DNA of 64,000 nt from Geosiphon pyriformis uo1 (GCA_016748015.1 JAAOMT010000034.1:1-64000); one strand, 5' to 3'. Counted from the first letter of the stretch, positions 39,635 through 53,778 are shown. Numbers and translations are program-made. The notes: generated by a model not told the origin, from the sequence alone.

Positions 39635-40618
39635 ATGTTCACCGGCATCGTAGAACACATTGGAACTGTTCTCAATATCGCACAGGTTGACAAAACTACA
39701 TCTGGGGGAGAAGGCTGGAGTGTTACGGTTGGTGACGCTGGAACGATTTTGGCTGATTGTAGGCAGGGAGATAGTATTGCTGTTAACGGTTGGTTGGAGG
39801 AGGAAATTTATATTGTTTTAGATGCCCTTATATTTTCAATTTTAAGTTTTAACTTTGCCTATCCATCTTTCAAGGTACTTGTTTAACCGTTACAGAGTTT
39901 GATCAAACCTCGTTCAAAGTTGGGCTGGCACCTGAAACTTTGCGAAGAACAAATCTAGGTAATTAGTTGTAATATCAAGATATTATATATATGTCCATGA
40001 TTTTGCCTTTGAATTATTTCTTAGTCATCAGGATTCACTGTTTCACTTGGGATCATTTGATTCATAAAAGGTGACCTGAAAATAGGAAGTAATTTGAATT
40101 TGGAACGTGCCATATCTGCTGGTGTTAGATTTGGTGGCCATTTTGTACAGGTAAACCTTTATTTTATTAGCAACTTCCGGTTATTTTCACTTTAATTTTT
40201 ATGGAATCAACCATATTGTACTTAGGGCCATATAGACCTAACTGCAATAATAACCACAAAAACTCCAGAGGGAAATTCCCTTTGGCTCAAACTCACACTT
40301 ACTGATCCTAGTTACATCCGGTATATAATCCCAAAGGGTTATATTGCCATTGATGGGATCTCTCTAACCATTTGTGAGGTTAATGATGAGCAAGCATGGT
40401 TCACGATAATGTTGGTAGCATACACACAACAACATGTGACCCTTCCAACCAAAAGTATTGGCGAAAAGGTTAATATTGAAGTGGATATGTTGGGAAAATA
40501 TGTTGAGAGAATTGTAGCACCCTTGATTAAAGGGGACGGCCAAGGTGGGGGTGGTTTTTTAGAGACTTATGTGAAAAGATATCTAGAAGACAAGAAGGTG
40601 GTCAATAATTCTGACTGA
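39635..40618 (+). CDS. RIB5: Riboflavin synthase, 236 aa; exons 39635-39788, 39875-39958, 40071-40150, 40226-40618
   Basis: MFTGIVE N-terminus, GDSIAVNGTCLTV, NLERA, RFGGHFVQGHID, KGYIAIDGISLT, VNIEVD. Three GT-AG introns give an intact 711-nt frame. Confidence 0.96.
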
Positions 40619-41181
40619 GAATTTTTGTTGTTTCATTATTTTTGGATTAGATTATGTATGGTGTATTTTTGAGACTAATTTGATCATTATAGTAATTAAA
40701 CCTTTAACATATAAAGAGAATAATTAATATTATTTCAGAACCCAAGAGGTTTTTATAGTAACGGTAAAAAATTTCTCTCTTGATCCTTCACTGGATTAAA
40801 CCCTAAGTTGCCAAATAGAAATATATAGATAGCAAAAAGTCCAATCTTTTCTTGGTAAATTTGACTAGATTCAAATTGAAAAGTTCATAATTATCATGAG
40901 ATAATAATTTCATTCCTAGAGTTCGTAAAGGGAAATTGTTATTATTTGCGATTTCAGCCACCATTCCCAAGCGATTTGATCGACAATTCCAATTCTTGAA
41001 TGAAAAAAATAAAGTTTATCCCGATAATTCATATTTGGGACTTCATTTTTGCAAATATTTTAAGGAGTAATTTACTGATATATTATTTAAGGGTTGATTG
41101 AGCAATGGCCATAAGGCCAATAAATGCTAGCGTTCTGATCAAACATCAATAATCTAACTGGCCAAACTCTTATTCTAATAC

Positions 41182-42101
41182 TTAATGACCATACGTGGCT
41201 AACTTTTCATTAATCTGTTTCAATTCGGTATCTCCTTCCTTCTTAATCACCTTAGCCTTCACAGAAATGGCACGTTTTTTAGTCAAATAATACTTTTTAC
41301 TATGAACCTTTCGCTTCTCTTCCAATTTCTTCACAACTTCTTCGTATTTCCAGCCCACTTCGCTTGACAGACGAGCGATTGTAGTATATCTGCGCCCTGG
41401 CTTTAATCTTAGCACACGTAATGCAGCCGGAATCACCATACGCTTTTGACGTGCGTACTCAGGGGGAATACCCTCAAAAATCTTGACACGCTCGAGAGCT
41501 GCTGCTCCTCGTGGTGTCTTATGGGGGATCATTCCGCGTAGCGATTTGTAAAAAATTCGTGATGGTGCACGGAAGTGGAATGGGCCTCGCGAAGGGTTCA
41601 CAATCATCCGTTTACGAAGGTATGCATGGTACTTGACTGGTGATGGTTTAATAAATGGATTTTGTTAAGAAGAAAATATTAATGTAAAAAATAATTGGTA
41701 AATCAATTATTCAATTGATTGGATTTCGAAAATATCAACATAAGTTTCACCCTATAGATTTCAGCTCAAAAGATCCAATCAGATATAAACCCAAATAGAA
41801 TCACTTGAAGATTGCGTTAAGAATCTATTATAGCAAAGAGTGAAATGTTTTAACAAAAAAAATAGCAGCTTACTCTTATTCCTAAAAAATGAGCCAGAAA
41901 CGTTAATCTCCTCTGCTCTTACAATGACAATTCTCTGTCCGGAGAGGATTTGCTTGGCCACGATAGAAGCCAACCGACCCAACAAGTGACCCTTTGCGTC
42001 AACAATGACAACCTAAGTATATATATCAAATCTGAAAATATTAGTCTTATGGTTTTTTTCAGCGCAGTAATAAAAAAACAGACCTTCTCAAAAGTACCCA
42101 T
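41182..42101 (-). CDS. RPL16: 60S ribosomal protein uL13 (L16/L13a), 203 aa; exons 42101-42084, 42012-41874, 41636-41182
   Basis: [46 protein letters not shown]. Two GT-AG introns give an intact 612-nt frame. Confidence 0.97.
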
Positions 42102-42207
42102 TGTGTAATTGAATACTTTTCTCCAACTCGAAATTCTCTGAGGAAAAAATTTTATGAGATATTGAAATACCAATTAACCAATCAAAATTAGGCTTGAATA
42201 CTTCTAT

Positions 42208-42217
42208 ATCACGTGAT
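42208..42217. promoter_or_regulatory. Palindromic E-box ATCACGTGAT upstream of RPL16
   Basis: 10-bp palindrome ~107 bp upstream of the ATG; retained CpG at the edge of CpG-free DNA. Confidence 0.5.
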
Positions 42218-42902
42218 GGTTTTAAGAAGTTGCCAAAATATTTCATAATTATAAATTTATTAATAAATATATTATTTTATAATAAAAATTTTTAAACCAC
42301 TTTTATATTTAAAAAAATCACAGATAATGATTTATTATTTTTTTATTATTATTCTGTAATAATTTTATTTTCATAATTAAATATTTAATTATTAAACCAA
42401 ATTTTAAATTTTGTTTTTAATAAATTATAATTATTATAATACTTAATTATTATATAATTGTATTTAAAATTAGATAAACACAAATAATTATAATTATAAT
42501 TTGAATAAATTCTTTTTTTCTGTATTTTCATAATTAAAATTAAATAAAAAAAAGCAATTATTATCTTTTTTATAATATTTAATAATATAATTATTTAAAA
42601 AGTATTTTTAATTATAAAAATAATTAAATAGTACAAATATCAAATTTTTAATTATTAAAAAATACTATTTTTGGTTATAAAAGTTTTTTTATTTAAAAGC
42701 TTTTTAAAAAACAGTTTTTATATAATGACTATTATTATAAAAAACTTTAAATTTTTAATTATAAATATATTAAAAACTCTTTTCTCTTGTCAATCCCCTG
42801 ACCACAATAAGAGCATTGATAACTTTGAAGAAATAGCTTTTCTTTCTTCCTTTTCCCTGGTATCTGTTAACTATTTCTTCTACTATATCTCCATTTGTCA
42901 TA

Positions 42903-44864
42903 ATGGAACCAGTAAGCTCTTCTGCTGATAATTCAGGTTTGATTTTGGCTGGCTTGGGGACCCGCCAAAGTGTGAAAAGTAAGCGTGTGGATATGGTCTA
43001 CTCACATAATGCATTATACAAGAAGCCAAAGAAGCCTGTTGTTGGTAATGTGATCGATTCATCTGCTGATCTGTTAAGCATGGAAAGTATTGGTGGTGTT
43101 GGTGTCAAGCCTGGGGTGTTCTGGGGAAGCAAAGTGGGCAGTATTGCTAATAGTGTAAGTGACCTCTCAGATATAAAAAACATGGCAAACACAGTGGCCA
43201 AGAAAACCAGTTACACAGAATTGGGTAAGGTTGATAACATGGATGATACTACACCAAGAAAAACTCACATTCGGACATATATACTGGGCAACCCACTGAA
43301 GTGACCTTCTTTCGAAGATATAAGCAATGACAATATTATGCTGGAGCTTCCTTTTTATGTGAATATCAGGCCCAATCAATCACCACCACTCGAATTATGT
43401 GCTCTGGAAATGCAGTGTTTTAATTTGATGAAATCTTTTGTGCTTGATATTGAGCTTTTTGCAATGCCTGGCAAATTAGTTAGTGATAAATTAATTTCAT
43501 TAAAAAAAATTTTTTATCAAGTGAATGGTTTTGGGGGTGCCTTTACTCCCTTAAAATTCTCTGGGATTATTAAATCATCTTTTACATCAGAATCTAGTTT
43601 GAATAAGACTAAAGTGCTGGCAATTAGTAATAATATTATTGTTAATGATGATTTTAGAAAGGTAAACAGCTGGTCAAATCAAGAGGTGATCGTTAAGAAG
43701 ATTCCAGTGAATTTTCTCAGATCAGCAGTGGAATCAGTTTTTTCCAAATTTGGCAAGATTGTTTCAATCAAAATACAGCTAATTGGACTTTGGCAGAAGG
43801 CTCTATTAGAGTTTGAGTCATCTGAGGTTGCCTGTTTGGTTGCTTTTAAATGGTCAGTGTTCATGGAAAAGGATTCTGTGCATGTGGTTTTGGCAAATGA
43901 GAACAAGCAAACGTGAATGTTTAGGGATCAACATTGGGCTCTGCTTTATACTCTTTCAGTTGGCACTACAGCTTATGATCTTTCTGGTTTAGTGGAGGCT
44001 TTTGGTGAGAAAACCTGTTTTATTGGCTGTAATCCTGCATTTTATGTACAAGATAAGTGTACTGTTATTTGTTTTGAAGATGAAACATCCAAGTTGGCTG
44101 TTATTGGTTCTGTTCCAATTTTCAAGGATGTGAGTTTGTGCTGAGCTAGTCTTTCATTAGTGTGTTGTGCCAAATGTAAATAATTTGGTCATGTTTCTGA
44201 TGTGTGTTTAGTTAATAGAAATTCTGGAGTTTGTGGAAAGTGAACAGTAACTGATCAAAATCAGGTTTACTTGGCCAATATTTATAAAAGAAAGCAGGCA
44301 CCTGTTGTTTATTCAGTTTCTTTTGGTGGCAAGACTTGGGCTCAAGTTGCAGGTGGTTTCTCTTTTCTTTTGGGTTCTTTATCTACTTTAAGGTACTGGT
44401 CCGTCTCCTGGCGCTAAATCTTTTGTTGATGCTTGGTCCTCCTTTAACGGTGCTGATTCTTATGGTGTTTCTAGTTTGTTTGATTGTCTGGCATCTTTAA
44501 AATGATCTTTGGAGCTTTTAGCCAATCAGATTTCTGGTATTGTGAAAAAGTTAAGCTTTGTGGAGCTGGTGTCTTTGCCACCTGCTTTTCATGAGTCTTT
44601 TCTGGCTGTTTCTACACCTTTGGCTCCAGAAGTTAACTCAGATATGGTTTTGGATGGTGTGCCTAAGCCTTCTGCTCTCCTCATTTCTGCTGTTGTTAAT
44701 GATACCTCTGGTTTCAGTTCGAGTAGCTCCAAAATTCTAACCACCAAGGTGGGTGGATTGGAATTGAAGATGACATCTTTGGAAGCTTCAATTAGTTTAG
44801 TGTTAATAGGTTGGATTATTTGTGTTCTGGTTCTGGTTTCCTATTACCTTCTTCATCCCAATGA
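42903..44864 (+). pseudogene. LINE 3 ORF1
   Basis: MEPVSSSADNSG...; FGKIVSIKIQLIGLWQKALLEF; CAKCK*FGHVSDVC knuckle. Confidence 0.82.
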
Positions 44865-47800
44865 GTGGTTTGGTTTGGAAATTTGCTACATGCAACGTTC
44901 GGGATATAATGTTCCTGCAAAGCAATTGAATATTGTTTGCTGGCATATGAGTTCTGGAAATACAGTTTTTTTCATTACTAAGACAAAGTTGAGGTCTTCC
45001 TCTGGGCTTCGGATTAAGGATAAATATGATGGAGTTTGGATTTTTACTTCTGGTTTGGATGTTGGGAATCTTGGTGCTGGTGTTGCTGTTGTTATGAACA
45101 ATTCTTTGGCTTGTCATGTTTCTAAGGTTGAGATGGTTTCTGGTCAGATTATTTCGGTGCGGCTTTTGTTTAAAGACAAGCTCTTGGTGTCTGTTCTTGG
45201 CTTGTATGCTGGTGCTTCTGTTAGTATCCATTTTGGGCAAGCATCTGAGATTAACTCTATTATTGCTAAGGCTGTTAACACTAGTACTTTCATGGTCTTG
45301 GGTGGAAATTTTAATGAGTGCAGGTCTGAGAGAAGTGTGAGTTTCAAGTTTTGTTTGAGTCTGGATCTGGTCAATTCATTTAATGAACATCATTTGGTTA
45401 AAACTCCTACATAGTGCAATTTAAGAGGTGCTAAGAGGACTATTGATTACATTTTTGTTAGTGAGAGTCTGTTTTCTACTGTTGCAAAATGTTGGGTTGG
45501 TTCTGTTTCTGATTTTTTTGACACAGACCACTGTGCTATGGAGGTGTTGGTCAGTCTGGGTGGACTCCTGAATGTTCAGTTGAATGGTTTGCACAAACAA
45601 GCTAACAAGGATCATTGAAAGTTTAAGATCAAGGATGCAGACAGTAATAGATGGTCTTGCTTTAGAGATTGCTCCTCCGCCAGGATTCTGATAATAAAGA
45701 ATAGGTTTCTCGCTGTGGCTGTGGGTTATAATTTAGATGCTATGTGGTCACTACTAAAAGAAGTGTTGGTGATTTCTGTGAATAAGGTCTTTTCTAGGCT
45801 TTGGTTCAGTGATTTTCAGTGTTCAAAAAATAAGTGATCTTCTAAATTTCTGGGATTGGAGTTGTTGGTTGCCAAGATTGTTAAGAGTTTGGTATCTGAT
45901 GATGTTTTTAGGTTCAATTGCCTTGTTGAAAAATGGTCAACATTGGATTTTAATAAAGCTCTTGTGTTAAGGGACATGGTTTATACTAATCAAAAAATGA
46001 TGAACATTCTCAAATATTTGTCAATTGTCAGAAAAGAATACAGGAAGTCCAAAATATATGAATTGAAATTGGCGCAGGAGGCTTCTATTAGAGCAGCTAT
46101 TGAGAAACACATGGAAAAGTTTTGTTCAAACAAGGGCAGTATAATCAGAAGTGTTTTGGATAGATCTTTTTGGAAGATGGTGTTAAATCACTTGGTGGTT
46201 AATGATAAGCTGGTGTTAGATCTGGATGGGGTAAGGTTGAATGTTGACAGAATTATGGAGAGTTGGACAAGAAAATGTGTGGTGCCTTCTGTGCTGTTTA
46301 ATCACTGGGCTTGCCAGTATGTATCTTTGGACTATGTTAGGGATAACATTTTTTTTGGTGTGATGAATGTGATTAGCATAAGTGAGTTGTTTGTAGTTGT
46401 TGGTAGTCTGCCTAATGGCAAGGCCGCTGGCTTGTCTGGTATTCTAAATAAACTTTGGAAGCATGGTGGTGAGAGTGTAATGGAATGCCTTTTGGTGCTG
46501 TTGAATGAATGTCTCTTTGTTGGTACTGTGCCTGCCTTGTGGAAGAGGGCTTGGGTTTTGATGATCCCTAAACCTTATGATTAAGATGGAATTCTCACGA
46601 ATATCTGCCCTATTGCTTTGATTAAGATGGCCAGAAAGGTTCTTTTCAAGATTTTTTTTGATAGGATTTTTTTTACTTGCAGCAAGTTTGGTGTCCTTTA
46701 TGGCAACAATTTTTCAGTGTTAAAAGGTACCTCTACTCAGGTTCTGGTGTTTGCTATTGGGTTAGTAGTTAAGGATACTCTTAAGAAAAATAAGGAACTT
46801 TGGTTGGTTTTACAGGATATGCATAAGGCATATAATTCTGTTGATTGGTACCATTTAAAGGCTAGTCTACAGCATATCAAAATGTGTGACAGGTTTATCA
46901 AGTTTTTTGGCAGTATTCACGAGGATAGGTTTAACAGGGTGATGACCAATTTTGGCCTTTCAAATGGTTATAGGGTACATGATGGCTTGGATTAGAGTAA
47001 GGTTTTTTCACCTCTTCTTTGGAAAATTTTTTATGATCCACTTTTGTGTGAGATTAAAAGGCATGAGCATTTATGTGGATACTGAATTAATTTTAAGTTT
47101 GTGGTGAAATTGGGCAGAGTTGAGAGTAGTGGTGGGATGTCTTCCTTTTTTGCGGCTGGGGCATTTGTTAATAACACCATTTAAATCAGTGATTGCCAAG
47201 CATTGATGCAGTATGCCTTGGACATTGTTAGTGAATTCTTCTCAATTAATAATATTTCCATCAATAATGAAAAAACTGTGGCTATTCCTATTAATTAAGG
47301 AGTTAAAGTTGCTTCTCTGAATATCAATAGACAGCCAATTTCTATTGCCAAAAAGAGTGAGGCACACAGATATCTGGGAATTTTTTTGTCAACAGAGGGC
47401 TTGTCTAAACTTAGTTTGGCCAAGGCCTATTCAAATGTTCAGTTTTTTGCCAATATAGTGCTCAGAAAGACTATCACAGATAAGCAGTTCTCGTACTTAG
47501 TGTCAGCTGTTCTACAGCCTATTGTTAACTACCATACTCAATTCAGCTTTGTTTCTTCAAATGTGTATCACCAATAGGATGCTTTGATCAAAAAAGGTCT
47601 TAAACTTAAAGGTGGTCTTCCTCGTGACTTTCTTGATGCAGCTTTGCATCATTCCTTATTGTATGGCCTGAAATCTTTTGAACAGATACAAGCTGAGAGC
47701 AAATTGGCTGCTGTGGTCATGTTTTTTAATGCTTTGGGCATTTTGGTGCGTTTATTTGATCATAGATTCCTGGATTTGCAAATTCTGAGTTGGGCTCTTT

Positions 47801-49551
47801 TAGATTCCCTATAGTTTCCTGTCAAGTTGCATGTTAGTCCTGTAAACAATTTTTTGGCTGGCATAGTTAAGATTTTTTTGGGTAATAAGCTGTTTTTGGT
47901 GAATAACCTGTCTTGTGCTTTTCATAATCCTGGTAATTTTTCTATGTCATTGGTGCTAGGAAGTGCTTTTTACTATGGTTCTGTTTATTTTTTGAAGCAA
48001 TTTGGTGTTGCCTTTGGAAACAGGTCGCTTAATAAGAAGGGTCATGTGATGGATTGGAAGACTTTTCACCAGTAGAAAAGGCTCAACCCAAGAGGGTCTG
48101 TTCCTCATTGGTTCGATTTTACATCTAGGTTTTTGCATGATAGTGGTGCTTTGTTGTCTGGTCTGGTTAAAGCCAATCAACTTTCTGGTTTGGACATTCT
48201 GACTTCTGAGGAGTTTTCTGATTTGTATTGTTGTTTACATGAGTTGTGGTCTGGTCTTTTTGAGATTTTTACAGATGGTTTACTGAAAAGATTTGGCTCT
48301 TTTAATGTTGCTGGTAGTGCTACTGCATATTTTTCTACTATCGACCATAGTATTGGTGTTAGAGTCCATGGTTTAATGTCTTTTATCTTGGCTGAATTGC
48401 AGGCTGTTGCTTTGGCATTAGAATATGTTCCATCTTCTAGTGCGGTAACAGTGCATCTCGATAGCCAAGCTGCTATTAATACATGTGTCTCTGAGTTGTC
48501 TCATCCGGTGCCTGATTTCTGAGTTCCATGCTGGGTGAAGAGATGTTACATTTTTAATTTGATTAGAAAGAAAGATTTGACCATGAGTTGAGTCAAGGTT
48601 AAAGGTCATTCTGGTGTTTGTGGCAACATTAAAGCTGATGCTGCTGTCGGTGCTGCTACATGTTCTTGGTTTTCCTTGCCTATTGGGGTGCGGAAACGGC
48701 TTTTAATCGCTGAAAGTATGGTCATGTCTGGCAATGTCCACCATTTTGTTAGAGATCTGTTTAGGTCTGTATGCCAAGCACATTGGGAGGCTGGGCCTGA
48801 TCAAGATGTGATTCGGAGTAGTCTAGTCAAATGCATGGACTGGAGTGCTATTTTGAGAGTGTGGCACCCTGATTCACACATGCTTACAGGGTTCACTAAC
48901 TGGAAGTCTTCTGTGCTGCAGTCATATTTAATGAAGACTGTGCACCATCGACTCTCTGTGACTGTTCGTAAGAGGTTGTATAATAAGAATTACCCTGGTG
49001 TGCTGTGCTTATTGTGTAGAGAGATGGAGTTGCCCAATCATGTGTTTTCTTGTTCCATAGATGCTGGTGTCCGAAATGAGATTCTTACTGAGACTGCTGT
49101 GTCTTGGGTTTCTTTGGTGGATTCTTGTGTTTTGTCTTCTTCTGCTGTTCTGCAGTTTCTCAGTTATTGTTTCTTAGATGTCGGCTTGTATTCTATTTTG
49201 TGTAAGGGATTTGTCATGGGTGATTGGTGCTCAGAAACCATTGAAGTTTTTGAAGTCAAGAAAGTGGCTGTTGGTGTTGTTGTTGATTTTATAAGGAGTG
49301 TTGTTGAGCTCCACCATAGTAAGATCTGGCTGGTGAGATCTAGTTATAGGATGAGCATAGAGAAAGCTGGTTCAGTTGGGGATGATGAGATGATATCAGG
49401 TTTGTCACATTGCAAAGCTTCTGTGTTGTCTGATAGTATGGTTCAGATAATTGGTGTTTTGGGTTCTTTTTTTGTTAACTTTGGCTATTATAGGTCTAGT
49501 CTTTTCTTTTTTGGTTTGGATTTCAATCCTTGGGTCATTATAGGTGTGTAG
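44861..49551 (+). pseudogene. LINE 3 ORF2 (APE-RT-RNaseH-CCHC)
   Basis: TCNVRG, GGNFNE, QDMHKAY, FTDG, AELQAV, KVKGHSG, CLLCREMELPNHVFSC. Confidence 0.9.
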
Positions 49552-50899
49552 TGTTGTCTTGTCTGGCCTGAGTGACTAGCCACATGTAGTAAGTATGTGA
49601 GTTGCATTTAGTTTGGGCCTCTTAGTTTGGCTCTGTATACTAGACAACAGTTGGGTTTCACTCATAAAAATGCATAATAAAAAAAAAAATTATAAATTAG
49701 TAATAAAGTTATTGTTTTTTACTGCTAATTTTTTATTATTATTTAAATAATAATAAAAATTAAAACAACAAAAAAACAACTTTTTTTTAACTCTAATACA
49801 AATTTTTTAAAATAATATTTTTCTATTATATATTAAAATAATAATAATTAATTTTAATATTAATAACATTTTTTTATTTATATTATTAAATAATTTATTT
49901 ATTAAAACAGTTTTTAATAATAGCTTTTTTTACAATAAAATTAAAAATATATAATTAATATTTTTATATATATTATAATAAATATAGTTTATATTTAAAT
50001 ATTTAAAGTTAAATAGTTTTTTTTTTATAATAATTAATAGTCTTTTATAAAAAGTTTTTATAAAATATATTTGAAATTAATAATACTACAATTTAATAAT
50101 TTGTTTGTAAATATCTATTAAAATACTATATTAAAATAGTTTTTATTATATTAAATTCTTTTATTAAAAATTTATTAACATATTTATTTATATAATAGAC
50201 TTTTTAATTAATAATATTTAATTAATTTTAATAATTTTAAATTATAAATATTTATATTAATATTTAAATTTAGATTTAGAAAATAAATTAAATTCAAATT
50301 TTTGACTAATTTATTTATAAAAATAAAACTATATTCAAATAGGTTTTTTTAAATAAATTCTAATATTTTAAAATAATTAAAACTAAACAAATACTGTTAA
50401 AGTAAAAAAAAACAATATAATTAATTTTTATTAATAAAACTATTTATTTTAATAAATTTTAAGATAAAGTAAAACTATATAAAAAATATTTTTTTAAAAT
50501 TAATAATAAAATTTTTTTTAATTAAAACAGAAATCATAACTATTTAATAATTGTTTTATAAAAATAATATCAAATTTTTAAAAAAATTAAATCATATTAT
50601 AATAGATTAACTAATTTAAAACATTTAAGATAAGAATTTATTTTTAAAACAGAATATATTTAAAAAATTATTAACAAAAAAAATATTATATTTCAAAAAA
50701 AGTTTGTTATATTAGCCAAAATATTGTTTAAAAATTAATAATTAACTTAATAAAGTATTAAAATAAACTATATAATATTCAATATAAAATCTGAAAATTT
50801 ATTGCTTTATAATTAAAAAACTTATTAAAAATATTATTATTATTTATAAACATTATTATATAAATTATTATTTTTAATTTAAGTTTGTTTAAAAGTTCT

Positions 50900-51730
50900 T
50901 AAACTATTATTATTAAACCAAAATTAAATTATTTAACATAAAATTACTTTTATAATTTTTATTATTAATTAACATATAATATTATTTTTATTTATTACTT
51001 ATTATTTAATTAATAATTTAATTTATATAATAAACAAATTTAACTAATTGTAATAATTAAATTATATAATATTTTAAATTAAGTAATATTCAAAAATTTA
51101 TTAAAATATTTAAAAAAAAAAACAACAGTTTATTAAAATATTAGCAAAAAAAAATGTTAAAATTCAAAATAATTTTATAACAAAATATATAAAAAAAAGT
51201 TTTTTTCTTTAAAAATATATATTATTTATTTTATTAATTAATTAATTAACTATTATAAATCAATAAAATAAAATTGCTATTTTTAAACTCAAATTTTTTA
51301 TATAATTAATATTGTTTTAAAATTTACAAAACTTAAGTAATATTTTAAAATTAATTATTATTAATCTTAATAATAATTTAGTTATTTTAAATTTTTTTAT
51401 TTTAATTTATATTATTAAAGAGCTTATAATTAAGATTTTCTATAAAAAAATTAACTTTTACTGCAAAATAAATACATATTATTAAAGAGTTTATAATTAA
51501 AAATTTTTGTAAAAAGTTGATTTTTATTGTAAAATAATTATATTAAATAATTAACATAAAATTGGTTATTTTCTTGTTTAACAATTTATTTGCTTTTTTT
51601 ATTCAAAGTTAAATTAAATTACATAATATTTATTGAATTATTATTTAAACTAATAATTTTTAATTATAACTATTAATAAAAAAAAATACAAAAGTAATTT
51701 AATTATTATAATAAATAATTTAATATTGTA
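50900..51730 (+). repeat. AT-eroded LTR related to Gypsy C
   Basis: 51415-51545 carries the twice-repeated motif matching LTR C 18549-18680 after C>T/G>A changes. Boundaries approximate. Confidence 0.45.
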
Positions 51731-52689
51731 ACCAAAAAATTTAATTGTTATAATAACATAATTTAATATTATAATAGCTTGATAAAAATAAAAACACACT
51801 ATATAATTAATTTTATTAAAAAAATGAAAAAACAATACTTATTAATTGTAATTAAATAATATAAAAAAATTAAAACATTAAAATTATAAACTATTATAAT
51901 ATTATTAGTAATTTTAATATTAAAAAGCTTTAATATTTTGTTTTTTATAAAAAAACATTTTTAAATAAAAACATAAAAAACAAATTAATAAAATTTTTAG
52001 ATTTAATTAAAAACTAATTAAATTTTTATAGATTAATATTATATAAAATACCAAAAACTACAATATTTTATTTATATAAAATGCTTATAATATTGATAGT
52101 TTTTTTTTAGCTTAAATTTGCTTAAAATATTTAAGATTATATAGCAAAAAATAATACAATATCTTGTTTAAAAAAATTTTAAGCAAATTAGCTTTTAATA
52201 TTAAGTTTTTCTTAATTAATATATTATATTTGTTATAAACACCTATAAAAATAAAGTTAAACTGTATTTTATAATCAATTATAAACTTTTAATTAACAAA
52301 TTAATTTCTAAATACTTGTGTAATTTTTTTTATAGCAAAATAAATAATTTAATAATATATAATAAAATATTATTAATTTTAAAAAATTTATTAATAATAT
52401 ATAAATATATTAAGTAGTTATTTAGTTATTTTTAATTTAAATTATATTAATTATTAAATAAAAAATTGGGTTTAGTTTAATTATAACCTTAATATTAATT
52501 TTATATTTACTTATATTTTTATATTTTTTAATTATATATATAAAAAAATACTTAAACTTTATTTATAAAATGAATAATAAAAAATTATAGAAAATTTTGC
52601 ATAATAACAAAAAAAATATTTTAATTTAAATTATTATATTATTTTGTAATTATTTGTTAAGTTAAAATTTATTATAATTTTATTTATTA

Positions 52690-53778
52690 TGTTTAATAAG
52701 TAAAATTCAAATTCTATTTAATATAATACATCAAACTAAGTAATTTAAATTAAATATAAATCACATATAACCAGTTATTTAAGCCAATTAGAATAATACT
52801 ATATTTTTAATATTTGAAAAAAATAAATATGTTTTGTACATATTAAACCAAATACTAAAGACTTTAACAATCTCAAACAATCTAATCATATTATTAAACA
52901 ACACAAATAAAAAACTTCTACCAATTTCAATTATTATTTTATTGAATAAAATAAAATTTTTTTTTATAAAAGCATAATACTTAAAACAAATAAAACAAAT
53001 ATTCAATCTGTGTATTAATTTCAAATTATACACAAAATTTACAATCATATTAACAGCAATTTTAACATTTTTAAAAATAAACAAAGACTTATAAAATTAT
53101 TTCTTAAAAATAAAACTTTTACACAAAGTAATATATACAAAAATATTAAATATACACAAAAAAAACAATTAAAATACACATAATAATAATTTGCATAAAT
53201 CAAACTTAGTTTTTTAAATAATTATATATAAATTAAAAAAGTTTTTGTATTTTTTAACATCTATTTTGCATAAAAAAAAGTAATTTAAAAATTCAATTTT
53301 TTTTACAATAAAAATATAATATACTATAATAATATTTATTATACAAAAACTTGTAAACAACCATAAACAGTTGATAATATAAAAATTTTATAAAATAGAA
53401 ATATGTATCAATAGTGGTCTTGTTTATAAAACCAGTCATTATATGAGAATTAGAATACCAAACTAGCAATAACTTAATCTAGTTAATATTTTTATTTAAA
53501 TTTTATCCAAAATTTTAGCATTTGATTTAATTTTCTAATAAGTATAATTGATAATGTAAAAAACTTTACAAACAAAATACCATATATTCTTTAATATAGC
53601 TAAATTATTAATCTTGATAAGTTTTTTTTAAACATAAATTCAAAACATTATATTCAAAAAAAGGCAATATTAGCCAAAATATTAGTTTTTTTATTGTCTA
53701 AAATACCAGAATGTTTTTTTATTTTATGTTAATTAATATACAAACTTTTTTTTAATAACATTTAAAATATATTGTTAT
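52690..53778 (-). mobile_element. AT-eroded LINE 3' remnant (host of the solo LTR)
   Basis: 52690-52800 aligns to the reverse-complement LINE 3' UTR. ORF 52788-53084 is an eroded ORF2 C-terminus. Confidence 0.6.

Larger units (their letters stand above)
42767..49687 (+). mobile_element. Full-length LINE 3, degenerate
   Basis: ORF1 42903-44864, ORF2 44861-49551, 3' UTR and poly(A). Candidate TSD AATTATAAAT 42757-42766 / 49688-49697. Confidence 0.92.

Noticed and set aside
39635-40618. Riboflavin synthase as a recent bacterial transfer
   Set aside because: Three spliceosomal introns; RIB5 is a normal fungal gene.
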